In this document: positions 1-8,999 of the stretch, in pieces
Layout of the letters: every line of letters starts with the position of its first letter
How positions within the stretch are numbered: the stretch's first letter is position 1
From: a virus
Lineage: Duplodnaviria; Caudoviricetes
Length of the DNA: 64,000 bases
Direction: 5' to 3' (one strand)
Virus record (IMG/VR): IMGVR_UViG_3300035698_023197
Location: 953 to 64,952 of that record
Made by a program: the position numbers and the translations under genes
The notes under the pieces: model-generated
What the model was told of the DNA's origin: nothing
The model's input: only the letters and a program-made list of their open reading frames with translations
Database searches by the model: none

Positions 1-1120
1 TCTCTGGTGCTCCGTCGCTGGTGAGTGTCTCGTCTGATGTAGGCGAGGATAAAGATGAGGAGGACGAAGGGTCTGTCGGGAGTGTGTAGCCTCGCAGTGG
101 GTACGTACACTCCGATGTTGATGAGGATGATCGCGAACTTGTCGACGAAGTGGATGACGTCTCGTCTCTGCTCGAGGAGCTTGTATTCCCTCCCCCTCCA
201 TTCGGTCCGTCCACTCCTGGGCTTGGGATGCCGAGATCGTCGGCGCAGGCGTCCATGGTGTCGGCGCAAGCCAGTATGTACCGGTAGTTGCAGTGCTTCT
301 CGTCTCTAGCGGAAGGGTTGAGGGCCGACATTTGCCAAGTAATGGTCCTTCTCACCAATCCTTCTTGTACTCCGCTCTCGGCTGGTAGTACCAATAAACC
401 ACCACCGCACGAGGGGTATACGAGCTTTTCGGGATTTGGCTCCGTTGGCGCAATCACAGACCCGTCTCGCTGGGCATATACGACTCTTCGCGTGTATGGG
501 TGTTTCGCCCCCAAGCGGATACTGCCACGGCTGTACGCATGCCCGTCTACGAGTTCATACCCCACGATAGTCTTTTCATCTATCGTCCGTGGCAGAATCC
601 AGGACAAGGGACTGAAGTTGTCGACACCGAGCCTGTCTGGTACGGAAGCGAAAGACTCATCGACATCTAAAATGACTTGTCTACGCAGGTGCAAAGATTG
701 TAGCGCTAGCCTCAAAGGGCCGATACCGTCTGGCCATCCCATATCTGGGTCGATACCGTACCCCCGAAGTTGTGCCTCAGTGACTTCTGATAAGTCTGCG
801 TTTACAAACAGCGTAGCTAGATCGAGTACCGCTTGTTGCAACTGTTTTACGATGTCATGAACCGATCCGGTAGATCCTTGCAACTTTGCCGCGAACTTGC
901 AAGGGTCACCATCTGGATTCCACGTGATTCCGTGAGTGCTTATTACCGGATGTGGGAGCGATACAAGGTCGTATCGCTCTTTGACAGCGCAAAGGATGTC
1001 TGGTAGACCGAACTGAACACCTTCCGAAGCCCATGCACGGGTCCTTGTCGATGGTAAATACAGGGCGGGAGCGATGTTTAGTCGCCCCCGCCCGCCTGAA
1101 CTGTCGGATAATAATGACAC
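1..1120 (-). CDS. Ser-rich hypothetical (probable virion) protein, runs off the window start
   Basis: Not in the ORF track because no stop lies inside the window. GTG at 1120, frame open to base 2 (...NTSSSSRDETSSTSSTSSRSSSSTSE...PTDPSSSSSLSSPTSDE); TAGGTAT motif 5 nt upstream. Confidence 0.75.
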   Translation of the reverse strand, partial: MSLLSDSSGGRGRLNIAPALYLPSTRTRAWASEGVQFGLPDILCAVKERYDLVSLPHPVISTHGITWNPDGDPCKFAAKLQGSTGSVHDIVKQLQQAVLDLATLFVNADLSEVTEAQLRGYGIDPDMGWPDGIGPLRLALQSLHLRRQVILDVDESFASVPDRLGVDNFSPLSWILPRTIDEKTIVGYELVDGHAYSRGSIRLGAKHPYTRRVVYAQRDGSVIAPTEPNPEKLVYPSCGGGLLVLPAESGVQEGLVRRTITWQMSALNPSARDEKHCNYRYILACADTMDACADDLGIPSPGVDGPNGGGGNTSSSSRDETSSTSSTSSRSSSSTSECTYPLRGYTLPTDPSSSSSLSSPTSDETLTSDGAPE

Positions 1121-1128
1121 AGTAATAC

Positions 1129-2343
1129 CTAATCGAGATCGGCAGTCATATCCTCTAGGAGGTCGTCCTCCGGATCTCCTGCGAGGTCCATGTCCTCCGC
1201 CATTGGGTCCATGATCCACGCCATCCACTTTCGAAACGCTTCTGCAAGCGGATTGTCGAGTGCTAGTCTGTCCTTCAGCGACACATCTGGAGTGAACCCC
1301 CAGGAAGCAAGCTGAGCATACCAACCACTGCGGTCGAATTTCTCCTCTTTGTATCCTTTGATGTGGTACTTCCCACCAGCGGATACAATATACCCTCTGG
1401 CCTTCAGAGTGTAGAAGATGGACCAGGCGTCTGAAAGACCAGAAGCCCGGCCTCCGTGTGGTGTGTAAACCAGTGGTATCTCGATCACCCGGTCGGGAGA
1501 TGCGAGTTTGTTTTTAACCGTCTTAAACCCGATCATGATACCAGACTGTGGTATACCCTTCTCGCTGACACGAGGTCCCTTTTTCAAGGAAAATCCGCCG
1601 TTGAAAGCGGTCATGATGCGATAAGACGCATAGAACTTGAGGGCTTCTCCACCGGGACTTTCGTCGTCGACGAAGATTGGCCTGTTTGGGTCCTTTCGAA
1701 TCTGGTTGAGGAAGACCAACGCCGTGTTGGTCTTAGACAACAGCGGGTTGAGCTTCGGGATAGCCTTCGACAAGATCCGTGCCATGGGTGCCATAGCGTT
1801 GTTCTTGGTAAGCTCCGTCTTGGCTTCTTCTTCCGTCTCAAGCGCTTTGAGCGAGTCGACGATGATCAAAATGGGACGGGTGATTTTTTGCTCGCGGATC
1901 GCCGTCAGCATCTTGAGAATGCTGCCGAGGAGTCTTTCGAGTGTAGGTTTGACTTGAATAGTCCATCGGCCTCTCGCTGCCACCAAAGCCGGAGAGGCGT
2001 TGATTTTTGCGTGGTCCATGGCATACTCTTGGTCGTACACGATGCAAATACCGTCATCGTGATCTGCGACAAATGCCTCGAGAGTTTTGAATACCAGTTC
2101 AGACTTGGCCGTCTTGTTTGGTCCGTAAATCTCGGTGATTCGTCCGGTGCCGATACCATCGTTGCCGATTACAGCGTCAAGAACGCTTATCCCCGTGCGA
2201 AGGTGGAACTTCGGGGTGAGGTGGTCCAACTCGTCGCCGTCAACACCAGGTGTGTATGACAACTCATCTACCTTTGGAGCTTCAATAATGCCCGCCAGCA
2301 CCTCTTGGGCGCTGGCGGGTGGCTCTTTCTTTTTAGCCGCCAT
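1129..2343 (-). CDS. uvsX: RecA/UvsX-like recombinase
   Basis: TGISVLD, GRITEIYGPNKTAKS (Walker A), IIVDS (Walker B), FLNQIR, SPGGEALKFYAS, VKNKL RecA motifs. Confidence 0.95.
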   Translation of the reverse strand: MAAKKKEPPASAQEVLAGIIEAPKVDELSYTPGVDGDELDHLTPKFHLRTGISVLDAVIGNDGIGTGRITEIYGPNKTAKSELVFKTLEAFVADHDDGICIVYDQEYAMDHAKINASPALVAARGRWTIQVKPTLERLLGSILKMLTAIREQKITRPILIIVDSLKALETEEEAKTELTKNNAMAPMARILSKAIPKLNPLLSKTNTALVFLNQIRKDPNRPIFVDDESPGGEALKFYASYRIMTAFNGGFSLKKGPRVSEKGIPQSGIMIGFKTVKNKLASPDRVIEIPLVYTPHGGRASGLSDAWSIFYTLKARGYIVSAGGKYHIKGYKEEKFDRSGWYAQLASWGFTPDVSLKDRLALDNPLAEAFRKWMAWIMDPMAEDMDLAGDPEDDLLEDMTADLD

Positions 2344-3446
2344 TAGAGGTCCATGTCAGCCTCCATGGCAGCAAGCTCGTCGAGCACGCTGGCGTCAGTG
2401 GCCGTGGCTGGCTTTGCAGCTGGCTTGGCCTTCGGTTCAGCGGCAGGTGGCTCATCTCCGGGTTGCTCGTCGAGGCTCACCTCTGGTGCGGCTCCGAGTC
2501 CTGGGATTTCGTCATCGTCATCCGCAAATGGGGCGCGCTCTTCTCCCTGTGCGATGTCGTCGGCGTCTGGGATGCCGTCGGCAGTGGTCGTCACTGGTGG
2601 TGGAAGGTCCTTTTCAGGGGCGGGCTTGGCCTTCTTTTCTTGAGGTCCCTTCGTGCCGCCTCCGCCAGTACCTTCTTCGAGGAGTTCCTTGATCAACATG
2701 TCACACGACGTGGTGAGGTCCTCTGCAGTCCGCCAGATGATCTCTTTATCGAGATTGCGGCGATTGGCGAGCAACCGGTCAATTTCGTCCTCATCTTTCG
2801 AGAGAGGGCGTGCTTTCATGTCCGGATCGACCGTATACTTGGTCTGATTCTTCTCCTTCTTCCGGGTAATGTCGAAGTAGTGACCTTCTGGTCCAGTACT
2901 GAACACGCTTGGGTGTTTAGCGAAGGCCCGGAGGATGGGTTCGAAAACCGTCTTCGGTGCATAAAACACTTTGGTAGTGAGTGGCTTCTCGGCGGGAACC
3001 ACGTTGAGGATGAACGACTGACGGTAGTTCAACGCGCTGATGATCTTGGCGACGAGCTTGAGTTTGCGCTCAATTTTGCGACGAGCTTCATCATCTCCTG
3101 CCTGTTTGAGATCGTCGTTGAAGTCACTCTCCTTCTGTCTCCAGTGGTCCCGCTTTTCGCAAAAGGGGCAAGGCTTGCCCGCTTTATCTTGACCGTTGGG
3201 ACAGGTGAATGAGAGGTTGAACTTGCTCTTGCCCCTGGGGTCGGGTCCCCAGTGCTGAACGTGCTTCCTGTACGGAGCTTTCCCCGACTTTCCGAACTTT
3301 CCGGGAAGGACTCTGATTGCGTGCGGGTCCCCGTCTTCAGGAACTTTAAAGACAACCTTGTCTCCAGCTCCCATGTCGCCCAACTCCGCGAGAAGTTCAG
3401 CGGCCAAGTCTTCGTCCATGTCTTCGTCTATTGTTATCTTCGCCAT
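2343..3446 (-). CDS. gp32-like single-stranded DNA-binding protein
   Basis: IRVLP...HW...CP...CPFC zinc motif, T.Y.V OB-fold tail, long acidic C-terminus; coupled to uvsX. Confidence 0.8.
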   Translation of the reverse strand: MAKITIDEDMDEDLAAELLAELGDMGAGDKVVFKVPEDGDPHAIRVLPGKFGKSGKAPYRKHVQHWGPDPRGKSKFNLSFTCPNGQDKAGKPCPFCEKRDHWRQKESDFNDDLKQAGDDEARRKIERKLKLVAKIISALNYRQSFILNVVPAEKPLTTKVFYAPKTVFEPILRAFAKHPSVFSTGPEGHYFDITRKKEKNQTKYTVDPDMKARPLSKDEDEIDRLLANRRNLDKEIIWRTAEDLTTSCDMLIKELLEEGTGGGGTKGPQEKKAKPAPEKDLPPPVTTTADGIPDADDIAQGEERAPFADDDDEIPGLGAAPEVSLDEQPGDEPPAAEPKAKPAAKPATATDASVLDELAAMEADMDL

Positions 3447-3529
3447 GTGTCAGTGTATTGTGTTTGGTGTTTGGTTTGTTGGGCTCAATTTAAGGTTGGC
3501 TTGCCCAAGGCCGAGATGTTACTAGAAAT

Positions 3530-3994
3530 CTAAGTGTTGAGCTTGCGGTCCAACCGTGTCTCAGCACCCATCGAGATGATCATTTCTCTACGGGCATATA
3601 AAGCAAATCGCGCAGATTCCAGAGCATCTGACAGACCCACTAGATCGAAATACTCGTCCCACAATCTGTCGATAGTTGGGTCAGCACGGACGTTATGATC
3701 AACAAGGTCATTCGAGGGTGCCTTGCCTATCTTATCCTCGATAACTTCGCGCAGTGCGAGGAACCGTTTGGATTCCTCCTTCTTGATGTGCCGCTTCATG
3801 CGTTCCACCTTCAGTTTCGCAACCGATGCGGCATACGCCACGGATGCTTGCCAGCCAGCTGCCCACTCGATGTCGTTTCGTACGGCATCGGGATCTATGT
3901 GAAGTAGAGCGTATAACGGGATCTCGTTTCCGTCAATTCCCCGTATAACAGGGATGCTCGCTTTATCAGGTGCGTCTTGGAAGTCAGTGCTCAT
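3530..3994 (-). CDS. UvsY-like recombination mediator
   Basis: Small helical coiled-coil protein (VRADPTI...LESARFALYARREMI) directly upstream of SSB and UvsX. Confidence 0.55.
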   Translation of the reverse strand: MSTDFQDAPDKASIPVIRGIDGNEIPLYALLHIDPDAVRNDIEWAAGWQASVAYAASVAKLKVERMKRHIKKEESKRFLALREVIEDKIGKAPSNDLVDHNVRADPTIDRLWDEYFDLVGLSDALESARFALYARREMIISMGAETRLDRKLNT

Positions 3995-4017
3995 TTGTAT
4001 AACATGTTAGGAGTTCG

Positions 4018-5646
4018 TTATAAACCACCAGTCCAGTGAATTGAGTCTCGCCACCATTTAGGGAACGACATGGCTGCGCGATTATAAAACTGGCGGAATC
4101 CGCCGTCTAGAATGTAAGTCACGCCAACATCCTTGGTGCTGCGGACTATTCGGCCTGATCCCTGCACGAATGTCTGGGCAACCTGCTCGTTGTACCAGTT
4201 GGTATCAACCTCTTTGCGTCTCTTGACCCACGAATCACCGAGATACGGGTACGGCACTTTGGGGAAGATTGCGAATCGCCCAAGATCACCGGGAAGGTCA
4301 ACACCTTCAGTCATGCTTGGTGATAGCAGGATAGTCGGTTCTGGGCTAGCAGCGTGCTCGGCGAGGAGTTCGGCTTGATTCTTCCCGCGACGGTGGCAAA
4401 TAAAGCGCTTCTTGTGGCGGCTCAGCTGTTCGATCATGCGGCAGATCTTGAAGCTATGAGCGTGGATGATCCCCTTCCGGGTCGATGCGTAACTGCCGTC
4501 AAGGATGTCGTCCATGGCGTCGATGATCCTGGGCATCTGCATGGTGATGTTTCCCATGTTGACCGGGGCAGTCCCGCATCCTTTGTAGATGATTCGCCGC
4601 TGATCCTTGTGAAAGGGTGACTCAAGCCGCAGCAGGTCGTAGTCCTCGTCCCAGCCAAACCAGCTGGCCATGCTCTCCGGGTTGAGCAGCGTCGCGGACG
4701 TCACAAGCACTCTGGTGTTCAATGGGGATATGAGCCGCTGAAATATGCCCTTGGCGTAAAGGGGACGCCAGAGGACGTGAGCCTTGGTATCTCCGTCAGC
4801 GTCAACCGCATCAACCACCCACTCGTTGACTTCTCTGGTCCCACCTTCGGTGTCGAAGGAGTCCCACAGCACGTGACCAATCTGGCCGACTTTGGGCTCG
4901 AGCGAGCGGAGCTGGTGCATTTCGTCCTTCGACATCGACTTGGCATCCTTCGAGAATCGGGATTTCAAGATGCCGACCCGCGCCGAGGCGGCAGCAAAAA
5001 ATCGGTCGAGAAGCTGCTCCGAGTCGTCAAGGCTATCCGGTAGATAAAACGAGATGTCGAGGCTGCTGCAATCCGCTGCAGTGATCTCTAATTGGGCGGC
5101 TCCCACGAGGGCGGGCTCCAACTGGTGTCCCTCATCCATGAGGAGCCAGCGGTGCGTGCCTTGCCACTCGGCGTGACCGAGGGTTGCCAGAAGCCATGCG
5201 TAGTTGGCAATTCCACATTTGCTATTCACCATGACATCCGAGCAAGCTTGGCGGTATGGACAAGGGTTTTGGGCTCCCTGCTTCCGTCGACTACACTGGC
5301 CCGATCCCATGCCGCAGTCATTGTAGACCCCCGCTGTTTTTCTGCGAACTTCATCGCAACCGTAGTTGGACGCCCCTTTTACGAGGGGAATCTCTGGCCA
5401 GTCTCGGGCGTACTGATCTTGAAGAAGCTTTTGAGGCGTAAGAATGACCCCTCCTTGGCTGTTTCCTATGCTGACACAGACAGGGCTCTTACCTGTCCCG
5501 GTCGGAGCGTCGATCATGAGGTGCCTGGAATCAGACTCGTTGACGAAGTCAATCATCTCGTCCTGCTGTGGGCGCGGAGACATGTCTTCCCCACAGTCCC
5601 ACTTGATGGGTGGCAGGTCTACTTCGTCTTCTTCTATGGTCGGCAT
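4018..5646 (-). CDS. DinG/XPD-like SF2 helicase with Fe-S cluster
   Basis: PRPQQ, APTGTGKS, Cys cluster (CPY), DEGH, SAT, EGVD, KVPYP, QGSGRIVRS..D.G. Start reassigned to ATG 5646 (MPTIEED). Confidence 0.9.
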   Translation of the reverse strand: MPTIEEDEVDLPPIKWDCGEDMSPRPQQDEMIDFVNESDSRHLMIDAPTGTGKSPVCVSIGNSQGGVILTPQKLLQDQYARDWPEIPLVKGASNYGCDEVRRKTAGVYNDCGMGSGQCSRRKQGAQNPCPYRQACSDVMVNSKCGIANYAWLLATLGHAEWQGTHRWLLMDEGHQLEPALVGAAQLEITAADCSSLDISFYLPDSLDDSEQLLDRFFAAASARVGILKSRFSKDAKSMSKDEMHQLRSLEPKVGQIGHVLWDSFDTEGGTREVNEWVVDAVDADGDTKAHVLWRPLYAKGIFQRLISPLNTRVLVTSATLLNPESMASWFGWDEDYDLLRLESPFHKDQRRIIYKGCGTAPVNMGNITMQMPRIIDAMDDILDGSYASTRKGIIHAHSFKICRMIEQLSRHKKRFICHRRGKNQAELLAEHAASPEPTILLSPSMTEGVDLPGDLGRFAIFPKVPYPYLGDSWVKRRKEVDTNWYNEQVAQTFVQGSGRIVRSTKDVGVTYILDGGFRQFYNRAAMSFPKWWRDSIHWTGGL

Positions 5647-5647
5647 A

Positions 5648-5877
5648 CTAGTGTTTGACTTTTGTGCGCATGTCGTCGATCTCTGCCATTGTGCGCATGT
5701 CGTCGATCTCTGCCATAGATGACAAATCTGGTATCTTGACGACACAGTTTAAGCAGACATCAGCAGTGGTCTTCATCGTTGACCCATTGTGCGGGTGTTC
5801 CCCGTCACGAAGTGTGACTTTGATAGAGTGGTGCGGGATGGGATTATCACAGACGTCGCAAGTATTGTAGTTGCCAT
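5648..5877 (-). pseudogene. Small CxxC...CxxC zinc-finger protein with a 1-nt frame disruption near the start
   Basis: ATG 5877 (TAATG-coupled) gives MATTI. The frame TCDVCDNPIPHHSIK...ADVCLNCVVK...MAEIDDMRTMAEIDDMRTKVKH* is offset by 1 nt. Confidence 0.55.
5663..5716. repeat. Perfect 27-bp tandem duplication
   Basis: TGTGCGCATGTCGTCGATCTCTGCCAT at 5663-5689 and 5690-5716. Confidence 0.97.
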
Positions 5878-6206
5878 TAGATCGACGTTTTGCCCTTGAA
5901 GAGCCCTTTGACTACTTCGGAGATGTTATGCATGGCGGGTGCCACTTCAAAAATGAGGGCCAGCATGTACGAGACGATGCGATACCCCATGAACAGGAGG
6001 TGGAGTTGGATGCCGAGAATGAGGGAAACGGGCGACCAGACGAGCGCCCACCCATCAGCCCAGCCGACTCCATAAAGGACCCCGAAGGTGACGCACAAGG
6101 TCAGGCCCAGCAGTGAAAGAAAAAACTCCCATTTGACAACGATCCGGAGATTCATTTGTTGCTGCTGGGATGGCGGAGGTTGAGGCGGCGGCGGTTGACG
6201 GTCCAT
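5877..6206 (-). CDS. Small membrane protein
   Basis: Two hydrophobic segments after a Pro/Gln-rich N-terminus. Confidence 0.7.
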   Translation of the reverse strand: MDRQPPPPQPPPSQQQQMNLRIVVKWEFFLSLLGLTLCVTFGVLYGVGWADGWALVWSPVSLILGIQLHLLFMGYRIVSYMLALIFEVAPAMHNISEVVKGLFKGKTSI

Positions 6207-6223
6207 GCGTTACTAGAAAATAC

Positions 6224-6256
6224 AAAGGCGAGGTCCCGCGTTTGGAACCCCGCCTT
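6224..6256 (-). terminator. Putative intrinsic terminator
   Basis: Minus strand AAGGCGGGGTTCC-AAACGC-GGGACCTCGCCTT followed by TGTATTTT, just after the 425-aa gene. Confidence 0.65.
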
Positions 6257-6278
6257 GTGGTGTGCTGTGGTGTCTCGC

Positions 6279-7556
6279 TTAGTTGAGGGAAGCGAGAAGG
6301 TCGTTGGCGAACTCGTCGTTCTGTGCCTCGTGGAGTTCGTCCTTGATGTCCTCCTTGGCATCTGCGAAGAACTTGTCCTGATGGTCGGCGTCTTTCTTCT
6401 CGCCATCGAAGAGACCCTCAAGGTCGTAGGAATTGCTGATGGTGGCGCCGACGAAAGCGTGCAACTTCCTTGCGGTGCGACCATCCGTGTGGTGGGTCGC
6501 AACCTCCGTTGCAACGTTCACGAGGTCGTAGATCGAGCAATTCTCGACGGGGACCCGGCTCCGCGCCTTCTGGTTCACTGCGTTGAGGCTGGTGAGACCG
6601 TAAGTGCGGAGGATGTCGCCGCCCAAGTCGTGGAAGGACTTCGCAACGTCGATGGTGTCATCGAGGAAGGTGTTGGTGTCCTCTTCGTCAGGATTACGAG
6701 CCGCGCTGATCAGCTGGAAGAGCTTGTAGAACTCGTCCAGCGAGGATGGGCTGTTCGTTGCAGCCTCGAGCCGCTCACGGAGGGCGGAGTATCCGTCCTC
6801 GTTGTTGTAAGTGGCGAAGAATCGATTCAGGATGGTGACTGGATCGGCGTCGTCACCTGCTCCGGTGCCGAGTTGGATCGAACTCTTGAAGGCCTTGTCT
6901 ATGGTGATCATACTATTGGAGCAGACTTCACGGAGCATCCCGACGTAAGCTGAGGGGTTGCCGTAGCCGTCGATAGGAACTTCGGTGTAAAACTGAGGAG
7001 CGATGACGTCTCCACCGATGTCGAAGTTCGGGATCTCGACGGTCGGCTTGTGCCGAAGGGTGACGATTCCGTCACTGTAGCTGATTCCGGTCACTGCACC
7101 AGTGCCGGGACCTTCCTCGCTGTCGAAGCTGCCCTCGATGGTCCGCATCAGGTCCTGGACGGCGACCCGCTGCTTGTCTGGCTTGGACACCGCCAGTGCT
7201 GACACCACGCCAGATTGGCGGTCAGTTGCCAGTGTCATGGTGATCTCTTTGAGCTTATCCTTCTTGATCGCTCTCTCACAAACCTCTTCAGCGGAGAAGA
7301 GATCGAAGATCGACTTGCCTTGACCCAGGAGTCCGAGGAGACTGGTTTGGAACCGTGGAGTGTAGGCGACAGCCTTGCCGTCAACCACCAGACTGTGAGT
7401 CCGACGATTTTCGTCGTTCCGGCCAATCTCAAGTTGGAGGTCACCGAGGGCGCAGGTGTGGCGGGTCACCGCTGGGGTGGTTTGGCGGATGATGGTTGGA
7501 ACGTCAGCAGCAGTGAAAGACTTGCTGTTGGTGGATGATGGAATGAGACTGAGCAT
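6279..7556 (-). CDS. DUF932/DUF945-like phage protein
   Basis: DG.G....Y...LREVCSN motif and C-terminal SIYDLVN..TE..TH, typical of DUF932; sigma70 promoter upstream. Confidence 0.55.
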   Translation of the reverse strand: MLSLIPSSTNSKSFTAADVPTIIRQTTPAVTRHTCALGDLQLEIGRNDENRRTHSLVVDGKAVAYTPRFQTSLLGLLGQGKSIFDLFSAEEVCERAIKKDKLKEITMTLATDRQSGVVSALAVSKPDKQRVAVQDLMRTIEGSFDSEEGPGTGAVTGISYSDGIVTLRHKPTVEIPNFDIGGDVIAPQFYTEVPIDGYGNPSAYVGMLREVCSNSMITIDKAFKSSIQLGTGAGDDADPVTILNRFFATYNNEDGYSALRERLEAATNSPSSLDEFYKLFQLISAARNPDEEDTNTFLDDTIDVAKSFHDLGGDILRTYGLTSLNAVNQKARSRVPVENCSIYDLVNVATEVATHHTDGRTARKLHAFVGATISNSYDLEGLFDGEKKDADHQDKFFADAKEDIKDELHEAQNDEFANDLLASLN

Positions 7557-7611
7557 GGTAGTAAGTGGTAGTAGTTTGTCATTAGCGGGCTGATTGCCTC
7601 ACTGTGGAACA

Positions 7612-7640
7612 ATTTTACCACACATTGGGGTGTCTGTCAA
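7612..7640 (-). promoter_or_regulatory. Sigma70-type early promoter
   Basis: TTGACA-17 nt-TAAAAT with TG extension. Confidence 0.8.
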
Positions 7641-7743
7641 GTGTCGAGTATACCGGGATTATCTCGGACAATCCGGGGGGTATTTTTTGGGTAATAGAAA
7701 GGGAAAAGCCGAGGGGTTGAGGACCCAAAGAGCAATTCGACAC

Positions 7744-7772
7744 TTGACAACCACCTTCGGCTGTGTTATACT
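7744..7772 (+). promoter_or_regulatory. Sigma70-type early promoter, leaderless
   Basis: TTGACA-17 nt (ending CTGTGT)-TATACT, ATG 6 nt downstream. Confidence 0.85.
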
Positions 7773-7778
7773 CTTGGC

Positions 7779-8999
7779 ATGACGAAACGAGAGAAATTTG
7801 AAGTAATACTCCACGAGGTGGCAAACACCAAGCAGGTGGAAACACGGACCTTTCAAGGGAGAATCCGGACCAAGGTGAACGATGGGTGGGATGTTGGGAT
7901 GATCTCCCAACTGATCGTCTCCCCCACCGGGTCTGGCAAGACCGTAATGGCACTGATTGCCGCCAAGGATTTCGTGATGGAAATCGGACCGAAACTCTAC
8001 GGCTGCAAGCCAGAGGAGATCGGGGTATGCTGGGTTGCGATGCGACGAAACCTTCTCGCACAGACGGAGAAGGCCAACTGGCAACTGCAGTTCGAAGAGG
8101 ACGTCAAACTCGACAACGACAATGTGCTTTGCCCGAATATCGAGTACGTCTCAATGTTCGATAAGGATGCGAAAGAGCGGATGGCGAAATACAAGTACGT
8201 TTTCCTCGTCATTGACGAAGCCCAGCACGATGCGGCGTCAACGATGGTGACACTCCATTCGGAAGTCAAGCCAGATGTGGTGCTTGGCCTCTCCGCCACC
8301 CCGATGCGGTCCGACAACCTCAAGATCTGCTTTCAGCGAGAGATCCGAGATGCGGGCTATCACTTCCTGATCCAGGACGGTTATCTCAGCCAGTTCAATC
8401 ATTGGGTGATGCGGGAATGGACACCGAAGAGTGTCGCCAAGCTTTACTTGAAGACGAGCCAATGGGGCAAGTCGCTCGCCTTCTTCCTGACCCGCGCTGA
8501 GTGTGAGGAATTCGCTTCCTACGTCAGGGACCCTTCTCTGATCGGCCTCGCCGTCGAGGCTCGCAAGGTGGAGATCGTCCACGGCGGCTCCAACAAGGTT
8601 GCACAACTGGACATGTTTGAGCGCGGCGAAGTCGACGTTCTAGCATCAATGGCGGTCCTCACGGAAGGTTTCGATTGCCCGTCGTTGGAATCAGTCTTCG
8701 TTCGGGACACTCGGTCAAAGGGACCATGCATCCAAATGAGCGGTCGAGTCCTCCGCCTCTGGGAGGGCGTCACCAAGAACATCATCCAGTCGGGCGGGAC
8801 GACTTATCCCTTCACCCGGTTTGCCCACGCCAAGACCCAATTCGTGGAAGAGGAGACTGGCAAGTGGACTTCGATCGGGTCGAATGACCGGGTCGACCAC
8901 GTTGTCAAAGACATGATGCACCGGATGGTGTTGGCAGTGCCACCGAAGCTCCCCGACTTCCTGAGCGGCAAGAAGAAGGTGGTCCCGGTTCCTAAATGA
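7779..8999 (+). CDS. SF2 DExH helicase (UvsW/SSL2-like)
   Basis: SPTGSGKT, IDEAQH, GLSATP.R.D, LTEGFDCP, QMSGRVLR. Confidence 0.88.
   Translation: MTKREKFEVILHEVANTKQVETRTFQGRIRTKVNDGWDVGMISQLIVSPTGSGKTVMALIAAKDFVMEIGPKLYGCKPEEIGVCWVAMRRNLLAQTEKANWQLQFEEDVKLDNDNVLCPNIEYVSMFDKDAKERMAKYKYVFLVIDEAQHDAASTMVTLHSEVKPDVVLGLSATPMRSDNLKICFQREIRDAGYHFLIQDGYLSQFNHWVMREWTPKSVAKLYLKTSQWGKSLAFFLTRAECEEFASYVRDPSLIGLAVEARKVEIVHGGSNKVAQLDMFERGEVDVLASMAVLTEGFDCPSLESVFVRDTRSKGPCIQMSGRVLRLWEGVTKNIIQSGGTTYPFTRFAHAKTQFVEEETGKWTSIGSNDRVDHVVKDMMHRMVLAVPPKLPDFLSGKKKVVPVPK

Noticed and set aside
5663-5716. Possible mini-CRISPR array
   Set aside because: Two adjacent copies with no spacer; an in-frame coding duplication.
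5647-5745. N-terminal extension of the DinG-like helicase in the ORF track
   Set aside because: It is an off-frame reading of the upstream zinc-finger gene; ATG 5646 is the better start.
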